Part shown: piece by piece, positions 12,305-20,061 of the stretch | Position numbering within the stretch: position 1 is the stretch's first letter | How the letters are laid out: each line of letters begins with the position of its first letter | Assembly (NCBI GenBank): GCA_046348145.1 | Contig: JAXMET010000010.1 | Coordinates: 89,951 to 153,950 of the forward strand | Source: Rubrivivax sp. | Lineage (GTDB): Bacteria; Pseudomonadota; Gammaproteobacteria; Burkholderiales; Burkholderiaceae_C | Direction: 5' to 3' | Length of the DNA: 64,000 nt | Notes under the pieces: generated by a model | What the model saw: only the letters and a program-made list of their open reading frames with translations | Databases searched by the model: none | What the model was told of the DNA's origin: nothing | Position numbers and translations under genes: made by a program

Positions 12305-13327
12305 TCAGGCGCTGCGGCGCGGCACCGGCCCGCAGGACTCGCGCAGCACCAGCTGCGTGGTGATGACGATGCGCTCCGGCTCCAGATCGGCCGGGCCGTC
12401 CAGCCGCTTGAGCATCAGCTGGGCCATCGACTTGCCCACCGATGCCAGGTCCCAGGTCAGCGAGGTGATGCCGGGCGCGAACAGCTGCGACAGGTCGGTG
12501 TCGCCGATGCTCACCACGCTCACGTCCTGCGGCACCGAGCGCCCGGCATGGCGGATGGCGTGCAGCGCACCGGCCAGGATGCGCGTGCCCAGGCACATGA
12601 AAGCCGTGGGCGGCTCGGGCAGCGACAGCAATGCCAGCGCCTCGCTGAACGCGAACTCCATCGACGATCGTTCGGCGCGCACCAGCTTGGGCACCGGCGC
12701 CAGGTCACGCTCGCGGTGTGCCTCTTCGAAGGCCGCCAATCGTTCACGTCCCGGCCGCAGTTCGCGCCCGGTGGTCAGCAGCGCGATGCGCTGGTGCCCC
12801 AGGTTCAGCAGGTAGCGCGTGGCCTGCAAGGCACCGTGGTAGTGGTCGACATGCACGCCGCTGCCCGCCGCGCCCAGCTCGCGGTCCAGCACCACCACCG
12901 GACCGTCGCGCAGCAGCTGGGCCAGCAGCTCGGGCTCCTCGCCCAGGCAGGGCCCCAGCATCAGCCCGTCGACGCGGTGCGACCGGTACAGGTCGATCAG
13001 CGCCTTCTGGCGCTTGGCGTCGTTGTGCGTGTTGGCGATCAACAGCGCGTAGCCCGCGGCCTGCAGCTCGGCCTCGGCCGCGCTGATGACGCCGGCGTAG
13101 AACGGGTTGGCCATATCGGAGATCAGCAGCCCGATGACGCCCGACGAGCGCGTGCGCAGGCTGCGCGCCACCACGTCGGGCTCGTAGCCCAGCCGGCGCG
13201 CGGTCTTGGCGACGGCGGCGACGGTGGCTTCGCTCACACGCCCGCTGCGGTTGAGCGCCCGCGACGCCGTGCCCAGCGACACGCCGGCCTCCTGTGCCAC
13301 GTCGCGGATGGTGACTTTGCGCTTCAT
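12305..13327 (-). CDS. LacI-family transcriptional regulator
   Basis: VTIRDVAQEAGVSLGTASRALN HTH, VPQDVSVVSIGD, LVLRESC. Confidence 0.93.
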   Translation of the reverse strand: MKRKVTIRDVAQEAGVSLGTASRALNRSGRVSEATVAAVAKTARRLGYEPDVVARSLRTRSSGVIGLLISDMANPFYAGVISAAEAELQAAGYALLIANTHNDAKRQKALIDLYRSHRVDGLMLGPCLGEEPELLAQLLRDGPVVVLDRELGAAGSGVHVDHYHGALQATRYLLNLGHQRIALLTTGRELRPGRERLAAFEEAHRERDLAPVPKLVRAERSSMEFAFSEALALLSLPEPPTAFMCLGTRILAGALHAIRHAGRSVPQDVSVVSIGDTDLSQLFAPGITSLTWDLASVGKSMAQLMLKRLDGPADLEPERIVITTQLVLRESCGPVPRRSA

Positions 13328-13460
13328 GGGTGCCTGTGGACGGCCGCGTCGGGCTCGCGCCGCATGGTAGGCGATGTGCGAGGAAACGATTGCAGCGTTT
13401 GCCCGCCCGGGGGCGCGGCCGGCGGTCGGCCGGCCCAGCGGAGCGCTCCGGGTTTTGGAG

Positions 13461-13478
13461 TGTAGAAACGTTTCCGCA
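13461..13478. promoter_or_regulatory. Putative LacI-family operator
   Basis: Palindrome GAAACGTTTC at 13465-13474 (AT-rich arms, CG centre) between lacI and the divergent operon; weaker copy GAAACGATTGC at 13383. Confidence 0.65.
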
Positions 13479-13497
13479 CAGCGCCTAAGCTGCATCC

Positions 13498-14114
13498 ATG
13501 ACCGACCCAGCCATCGCCGCGTCGCGCCGCCTGCCCCTGCGCCAGCCGCCCTACCCGCCCGAGATGCAGCGCACCATCGGCAACACGGCCTTCACCGGCC
13601 TGTCGCCGCGCAACCTGCGTCTGGCGCTGGCGCACCACCCCAAGCTGGCGGCCGCGTTCCAGGCCATGGCGCACGTGGTGCTGTTCCAGTGCGAGGTGAA
13701 CGAGCGCGAGCGCGAGATCGCCATCATCCGCACCGGGGCGCTCACGCGGTCCGAGTACGAATGGGGCATGCACGTCAGCATCTACGGCGACAAGTGCGCG
13801 CTGTCCGAGGCACAGGTGCTGGACCTGACCACCGCCGCGTCGTGGCGCGATCTGCAGGCCACCCTGTGGACCGAGTCCGAGCGCCTGATCGTGCGCATGG
13901 TCGACGAGCTTCATGCCAGCACTCCACCGTGGCCGACGACACCTGGCAGCAGCTGGTGGCCGGCTGGCCGCAGACGCAGGTGATGGAGCTGGTGTTCGCG
14001 TCCAGCTTCTATCACATGGCCGCCTTCTTCCTGAACACCGCCGCGGTGCCGCTGGAAGACGGCGCGCGCCGCTTTCCGCCCGGGCTGGCGCAGGCCAGCG
14101 CACCATCGGCCTGA
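13498..14114 (+). CDS. Carboxymuconolactone decarboxylase/AhpD-like protein, one frameshift near 13920
   Basis: LAHHPKLA, EREREIAIIRTG, SEYEWGMH, ELVFASSFY. Confidence 0.75.
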
Positions 14115-14139
14115 ACGACCGACCTCCAGGAGACACCGC

Positions 14140-15107
14140 ATGTTCAAGCCCCTGCTGGCCGCCGTCGCCTTCGCCGCGCCTGCGGCGCCCAGGCGCAGGC
14201 CGACTACCCCAGCAAGCCGATCCGCTTCATCACCATCTCGGCGGCCGGCGCGGGTGGCGACGCCATCGCGCGGCTGTTCGCCGAGAAGATGGCGCCCATC
14301 CTCAAGACGTCGATCTTCGTCGACAACAAGCCGGGCGCCGCCGGCGCCATCGGCGCCGACGCCGGTGCCAAGGCGGCGCCCGACGGCTACACCATCCTGC
14401 TCGGCGGCTTCACCTCGCACGTGCTGCTGCCCGCGGTGCGCCCCAAGCTGAGCTACGACCCGCCCAAGGACTTCGACCCCATCGGCCAGATCGGCACCGC
14501 GTCCATCGTGCTGATCGCGCCGCTGGACCACCCGGCCAACAACGTCAAGGAGCTGATCGCGCTGGCCAAGGCCAGGCCCGGCGAGCTGCTCTACGGCAGC
14601 TGGGGCATCGGCTCCACCGGCCATTTCTGCGGCGAGCTGCTGGGCCAGCGCGCGCAGGTGAAGTGGACGCACGTGCCGTACAAGAGCATGGCACCGCTGC
14701 AGAACGACGTGCTGGGCGGCCAGATCAAGCTGGGCTTCTTCGACACCGCCAGCGGCGCGGCGCTGATGAAGACCGGCCGCGTCAAGGCGCTGGGCATGTG
14801 CGTGGCGCGCAGCCCCAGCATGCCCGAGGTGCGCGGCTTCGAGGAGGACGGCATCGACTTCTCGGGCAAGACCGTCACCCAGCCCATGTGGGCCGTGTAT
14901 GCCCCCGCCGGCACGCCCAGGCCCATCGTCGACAAGCTCAGCGACGCGCTGCGCCAGTCGCTGGAGATGCCCGACGTGCGGGAGCGTTTGCTGAGCTTCG
15001 GCGTCAAGGTCGAGTTCCTCGGCACCGAGCCCTTCCGCAAGGTGCTGGCCGACGGCATCCAGCAGTGGCGCGAGATCGCGCGCAAGTCCGACATCGTCAT
15101 CGATTGA
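14140..15107 (+). CDS. Bug/TctC tripartite tricarboxylate transporter substrate-binding protein (frameshift in signal region)
   Basis: DYPSKPIRFI, VDNKPGAAGAIG, AAPDGYTIL, HVPYK, APAGTP. Confidence 0.9.
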
Positions 15108-15114
15108 TGACCCA

Positions 15115-15198
15115 CCCCCGGAGCGACCTGCGGTCGCCTCCCCCTCGAGGGGGCGACGCCGGCGGCCCGGCAAAGCCGGATCCGCGGCGTCCGCTTGG
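15115..15198 (+). repeat. REP-like intergenic palindromic element, copy 2
   Basis: Homologous to 9111-9190; lies just after the tctC stop. Confidence 0.8.
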
Positions 15199-15264
15199 AT
15201 CGTGTCCGCTGCATGTGGAGCAGCCGCGTGCGGCGCAGAGGCATTTGACGAAAGGAGCCCATCG

Positions 15265-15813
15265 ATGAGCAAGCTGTTCGGCCCGGTGCGCCAGGTGGGC
15301 TACGTGGTGCGCGACATCGAGGCCGCCATGCGCCACTGGGTGGCGCTGGGCGTAGGCCCCTGGTTCTACAAGGCGAGGATCGAATCGACCGAGTTCAGCT
15401 ACTACGGCAAGCCCTCGGCGCTGCCGCAGCTGTCGATCGCGCTGGCCAACTCGGGCGACCTGCAGCTCGAGCTGATCCAGCAGCGCGACGACGCGCCCAC
15501 GCTGTACCGCGACACGCTGGCCCGCCAGGGCGAGGGCGCGCAGCACGTGGCCTACTGGACGATGGACCGCTTCGACGACTGGTGTCGACAGCTGGTGGAG
15601 CTGGGCTACGTCGAAGGCCACGCCGGCCGCATGGGCGCCGGACGCGGCCGGTACGCATACTTCCTGCGGCCCGACCACCCCAGCGCGATGATCGAGATCT
15701 CCGAGTCCACCGGCGGCAAGGCCGAGTACTTCGCACAGGTGCTCGAGGCCGCGCGCCGGTGGGACGGCGTCAGCGATCCCATCCGGCGCCTGGGCCCGCC
15801 GCTCCAGGGCTGA
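15265..15813 (+). CDS. VOC family protein (methylmalonyl-CoA epimerase/glyoxalase-like)
   Basis: QVGYVVRDIEAAM, LQLELIQ, QHVAYW, MIEISE; AGGAG RBS. Confidence 0.85.
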   Translation: MSKLFGPVRQVGYVVRDIEAAMRHWVALGVGPWFYKARIESTEFSYYGKPSALPQLSIALANSGDLQLELIQQRDDAPTLYRDTLARQGEGAQHVAYWTMDRFDDWCRQLVELGYVEGHAGRMGAGRGRYAYFLRPDHPSAMIEISESTGGKAEYFAQVLEAARRWDGVSDPIRRLGPPLQG

Positions 15814-15817
15814 GGCG

Positions 15818-16801
15818 GTGCGTGCCGCGGTGCTGGCGGCCGACGGGCCGGCGCTGGTCGACCGGGATCCACCGCAACCCGGTCCCACCGAGGTGGCGGT
15901 GCGCGTGGCCGCGGCCGCTCTCAACCGGGCCGACCTGCTGATCGCCGCGGGCCGCAGACACGGTGCGCAGGGCGGGCTCGGCACGCCACTGGGGCTGGAG
16001 TGGTGCGGCACCGTCATCGATGCCGGCGCGTCCGTCACCACGCTGCGCCACGGCGACCGCGTGATGGGCTCCGGCGGCGGCGGCTTCGCCGAGATCGCCG
16101 TCGCCGACGAGCGCCGCTGCTTCGCGCTGGCCGGCACCGCCCTCGACGACCAGCAGGCCGCCGGCCTGACCATCGCCTTGCGCACTGCGTACGTCGCGCT
16201 GGTCGTCACCGGCGCCTTGCGGCGCGGCCAGAGCGTGATGGTGCTGGGCGCCTCGTCGTCGACCGGGCTGATGACGATGCAGGTGGCGCGCGTGCTCGGC
16301 GCGGGCCTGGTCATCGGCAGCTCGACGCAGGCCCTCCGCCGCAGCCGGCTGGCGGACTTCGGCGCCCACCACGCGGTCGACACGACCGATGCGCACTGGG
16401 CCGAGCAGGTGCTGCAGCTGACCGGCGGGCGCGGCGTCGACCTGCTGGTCGACCACCTGGCCGGACCGCTGCTCAACGACGCGATGCGCGCCACGGCGGT
16501 CGGCGGCTGCATCGTCAATGTCGGGCGCATGGCGGGCGAGACGGCTGCGTTCGACTGCGACCTGCATTCGCTGCGCCGGATCCGCTACCAGGGCACCACG
16601 TTCCGCACGCGCAGCGCCGACGAGGTGGGCGCGATCGGGCGTGACCTGCGCACCGCGCTGTGGCCGGCGCTGGCCGCGGGCCGGCTGCGCCTGCCCATCG
16701 ACAGCCGCTGGCCGCTGGAGCGCGTGGCCGAGGCCTATGCCCACATGCGCGCCAACCGCCACTTCGGCAAGATCCTGGTCCTGCCGCCGGCCGCCGGATG
16801 A
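15818..16801 (+). CDS. MDR-family NAD(P)H quinone oxidoreductase-like protein
   Basis: AAALNRADL, GLEWCG, GRGVDLLV, HFGKILV. Confidence 0.85.
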   Translation: MRAAVLAADGPALVDRDPPQPGPTEVAVRVAAAALNRADLLIAAGRRHGAQGGLGTPLGLEWCGTVIDAGASVTTLRHGDRVMGSGGGGFAEIAVADERRCFALAGTALDDQQAAGLTIALRTAYVALVVTGALRRGQSVMVLGASSSTGLMTMQVARVLGAGLVIGSSTQALRRSRLADFGAHHAVDTTDAHWAEQVLQLTGGRGVDLLVDHLAGPLLNDAMRATAVGGCIVNVGRMAGETAAFDCDLHSLRRIRYQGTTFRTRSADEVGAIGRDLRTALWPALAAGRLRLPIDSRWPLERVAEAYAHMRANRHFGKILVLPPAAG

Positions 16802-17811
16802 ACACGACACCTGCGTACGCCACGCCGCGCCGCACGCTGGGCCGCAGCGGCGTCACGCTGCAGGCGATGGCGCTGGGCTGCTACTCGATGAGCAGCGCCT
16901 ACGGTCGGCGCGACGACGCCGAGTCGCTGCAGGTGATCCAGCGCGCCATCGACCGCGGCGTCGATCTGCTCGACACCGCCGACTTCTACGGCTGGGGCCA
17001 CAACGAAGCACTCGTCGCCAGCGCCCTGCGCGGCCGGCGCGAGCAGGTGCTGCTGTCCACCAAGTTCGGCTACGTGCGCGGGGACGGCGGCGCGCCGTTC
17101 GCGCTGTGCAGCGAGCCGGCCTACGTGAAGGCGGCCTGCGAGGCCTCGCTGCAGCGCCTGGGCACCGACCGCATCGACCTGTACTTCCAGCACCGGCTGG
17201 ACCCGCGCGTGCCGATCGAGGACACCGTGGGCGCGATGGCCGACCTGGTGCGTGCCGGCACGGTGCGCCACCTGGGGCTTTGCGAGGTGTCGGCCCACAC
17301 GTTGCGCCGCGCTTGCGCGGTGCACCCCGTCAGCGCGCTGCAGATCGAGTATTCGCTGTGGACACGCGACCCCGAGGGCGGGCTGCTGCAGGCCTGCGAC
17401 GAGCTGGGCGTCACGCCCATGGCCTTCTCGCCGCTGGCGCGCGGCATGCTGGCCGGCACGCTGCGCCGCCTGGATCAGCTGGCCGCCGACGACGTGCGAC
17501 GCAAGTACCCGCGCTTCTCGCCGGACAACTTCTCCCGCAACCTGGCCCTCGTCGACCGGCTGGGCGACATCGCCGCCGGCCTGGGCTGCACGCGCTCGCA
17601 GCTGGCGCTGGCCTGGCTGTACGCGAGCGCACCGCGCCTGGTCACGCTGTGCGGCAGCGACACGCTGGCCTTCCTGGACGAGAACCTGGGCGCGCTGGAC
17701 CTGCGCCTGTCGCCCGAGGTGATGGCGCAGGTCGGCGAGCTGTTCGCCCCGGGCCGCGTGGCCGGCGACCGCTACTACCCCGCGCTGATGCAGATGCTGG
17801 ACCGGTCCTGA
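16798..17811 (+). CDS. Aldo/keto reductase
   Basis: LDTADFYG, STKFG, SLQRLGTDRIDLYFQHRLDP, QIEYSLW. Confidence 0.92.
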   Translation: MNTTPAYATPRRTLGRSGVTLQAMALGCYSMSSAYGRRDDAESLQVIQRAIDRGVDLLDTADFYGWGHNEALVASALRGRREQVLLSTKFGYVRGDGGAPFALCSEPAYVKAACEASLQRLGTDRIDLYFQHRLDPRVPIEDTVGAMADLVRAGTVRHLGLCEVSAHTLRRACAVHPVSALQIEYSLWTRDPEGGLLQACDELGVTPMAFSPLARGMLAGTLRRLDQLAADDVRRKYPRFSPDNFSRNLALVDRLGDIAAGLGCTRSQLALAWLYASAPRLVTLCGSDTLAFLDENLGALDLRLSPEVMAQVGELFAPGRVAGDRYYPALMQMLDRS

Positions 17812-17835
17812 TCCTCCACCCGAGCGAGCACCACG

Positions 17836-18630
17836 ATGACCCGAAGACTCCAGGGCAAGGCCTGCCTGCTGATGGGCGGCGGCGCGTCGTCGACCGAAGG
17901 CGGCCCCAGCAACGGCCAGGCGGTGGCGCTGACCTTCGCGCGCGAAGGCGCGCGCGTGGCCGTGGTCGACCAGCACCGGGCCGCGGCCGAGGACACGGTG
18001 CGCCAGATCCGCGCCGCCGGCGGCGAGGCCGTCGCGTTGCAGGCCGACGTGAGCCGCCACGACGACGTGCGCGCCGCGGTGGCCGGCTGCCTGCAGGCCT
18101 TCGGCCGCATCGACATCCTCTACAACAACGTCGGCATCGAGGTGCGCGGCGGCGTGGTGGACATGGCAGAAGCCGACTGGGACCGCGTGCACGACGTCAA
18201 CCTCAAGAGCGTGTTCCTGGCCTGCAAGGAAGTGGTGCCGCTGATGGCGCGCCAAGGCGGCGGCGTGATCCTCAACGTGTCGTCCACCGCCAGCCTGCGC
18301 TGGACCACGGTGGAGTACGTGTCCTACAGCTCGTCCAAGGCCGCGCTCAACCACCTGACGCGCGTGCTGGCGCGCCAGCACGCCGCGCAGCAGATCCGCG
18401 TCAACGCCATCCTGCCGGGCATGATCGACACGCCGCACATCCGCACGCTGTTCCGCGACAAGACGCCGGCCGAGTTCGACGCCATCCTGGCCGACCGCAA
18501 CGCCCGCTGCCCCATGGGCCGCCAGGGCAGCAGCCAGGACGTGGCGAACGTGGCGCTGTTCCTGGCCTCCGACGAGGCGGCCTATGTCTCGGGCGTGCTG
18601 CTCCCGGTGGACGGCGCGCTCAGCTGTTGA
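17836..18630 (+). CDS. SDR-family oxidoreductase
   Basis: GRIDILYNNVG, YSSSK catalytic motif, IRVNAILPG. Confidence 0.92.
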   Translation: MTRRLQGKACLLMGGGASSTEGGPSNGQAVALTFAREGARVAVVDQHRAAAEDTVRQIRAAGGEAVALQADVSRHDDVRAAVAGCLQAFGRIDILYNNVGIEVRGGVVDMAEADWDRVHDVNLKSVFLACKEVVPLMARQGGGVILNVSSTASLRWTTVEYVSYSSSKAALNHLTRVLARQHAAQQIRVNAILPGMIDTPHIRTLFRDKTPAEFDAILADRNARCPMGRQGSSQDVANVALFLASDEAAYVSGVLLPVDGALSC

Positions 18631-18652
18631 AGGCGACCGCAAGGACCGACCG

Positions 18653-19159
18653 ATGAGCTTTCCCCTCCCCGACCTCGACACCCTGCCCGAGGCGCTGCGC
18701 CAGGAGGTGGCCAATCGCCGCTCGCTCAACGTCTACCGCATGATCATGCACACGCCGGTGGTGGCGCCGGCGTTCCTGGCCATGGCCGACGCGCTGCGGC
18801 ACCGCACGTCGCTGCCGGGCGACTGGCGCGAGCTGGCGATCCTGCGCGTGGGCCATCGCTACCAGGCGCCCTACGAGGTCCACCACCACGAGCGCATCGG
18901 CCGCAGCTTGGGGCTGTCGGAGAGCGCCCTGGCGGGCGTCAGGCCGGGTGCCGACGCGGGCGCGCTCGACGAGCGCCAACACGCGGTGGTTCAGTTGACC
19001 GACCAACTGCTCGACCGACATGGCCTGGATGCGGCGTCGCGCAGCGCGGCGCTGGCGTGGATGAGCGCGCAGCAGCTGGCCGACCTGGTGCTGACGGTCG
19101 GCTTCTACCAGCTGGTGTGCAACTTCCTCGCCACCTTCGAGGTCGCGGTGGAGGCCTGA
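18653..19159 (+). CDS. Carboxymuconolactone decarboxylase/AhpD-like protein
   Basis: LNVYRMIMHTP, RELAILRVG, YEVHHH, DLVLTVGFY. Confidence 0.8.
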   Translation: MSFPLPDLDTLPEALRQEVANRRSLNVYRMIMHTPVVAPAFLAMADALRHRTSLPGDWRELAILRVGHRYQAPYEVHHHERIGRSLGLSESALAGVRPGADAGALDERQHAVVQLTDQLLDRHGLDAASRSAALAWMSAQQLADLVLTVGFYQLVCNFLATFEVAVEA

Positions 19160-19224
19160 CGACCGTCACCGCGCGGGCATACCATCACGCGTCCGGCGCG
19201 CCGCGCCGCTGTACGCGAGGCCCC

Positions 19225-19833
19225 ATGCCCACCACCGAGTTCCACTTCGACTTCGGCAGCCCCAACGCCTACCTGGCGCACCAGATGATGCCGGCGCTGC
19301 AGCAGCGCACCGGGCAGACGGTGGACTACGTGCCGGTGCTGCTGGGCGGCCTGTTCAAGCTGGCGCACAACCGCTCGCCGGTGGAGGCCTACGCCGAGAT
19401 CCCCAACAAGCTGGCCTACGAGCGGCTGGAGATGCGGCGTTTCATCCAGCGCCACGGCCTGACGGCCTTCCGCTTCAACCCGCATTTCCCGGTCAACACG
19501 CTTAAGGTCATGCGCGGCGCCGTGGCGGCGCGGCGCCTGGGCTGCTTCGCGCCCTACGTGGACGCGGTGTACGCGGCGATGTGGGAGCATGGCCGCAACC
19601 TGTCCGACGACGCCGAGATCGCGTCGGTGCTGCAGGCCGCCGGGCTGGACCCGGCCGCGATCGCGGCGCTGTCGCAGGATGCCGAGGTCAAGGCCGAGCT
19701 GCTGGCCAACACCGAGCGCTCGCATGCGCGCGGCGCCTTCGGGTCGCCCACCTTCTTCGTCGGCGACGAGATCTTCTTCGGCAAGGACAAGCTGCGCGAT
19801 GTCGAAGACGAAATGATGCGCACGCGCAGCTGA
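19225..19833 (+). CDS. 2-hydroxychromene-2-carboxylate isomerase / kappa-GST (DsbA-like)
   Basis: FHFDFGSPNAYLA, PVLLGGLFK, GAFGSPTFFV, FFGKD. Confidence 0.88.
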   Translation: MPTTEFHFDFGSPNAYLAHQMMPALQQRTGQTVDYVPVLLGGLFKLAHNRSPVEAYAEIPNKLAYERLEMRRFIQRHGLTAFRFNPHFPVNTLKVMRGAVAARRLGCFAPYVDAVYAAMWEHGRNLSDDAEIASVLQAAGLDPAAIAALSQDAEVKAELLANTERSHARGAFGSPTFFVGDEIFFGKDKLRDVEDEMMRTRS

Positions 19834-19843
19834 CGGAGCCCCC

Positions 19844-20050
19844 ATGCCCCTGATCCGAGTCGAACTGTTCGCCGGCCGCAGCGCCGACGAGAAGCGCGCG
19901 CTGGCCGTGGCGCTGACCGAGGCCTGCGTCAAGACCCTGGGCGTCAAGCCCGAGGGCGTGGACGTGATGTTCTTCGACGTGCAGCGCCACGACTGGGCCA
20001 CCGCCGGCGTGCCCTGGAGCGAACGCGCCAAGGCACCGCCGGCGGCCTGA
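19844..20050 (+). CDS. 4-oxalocrotonate tautomerase family protein
   Basis: Catalytic Pro-1 (MPLIRVELFAGRSADEKR), WATAG; 68 aa. Confidence 0.9.
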   Translation: MPLIRVELFAGRSADEKRALAVALTEACVKTLGVKPEGVDVMFFDVQRHDWATAGVPWSERAKAPPAA

Positions 20051-20061
20051 GGCACCCGCCC

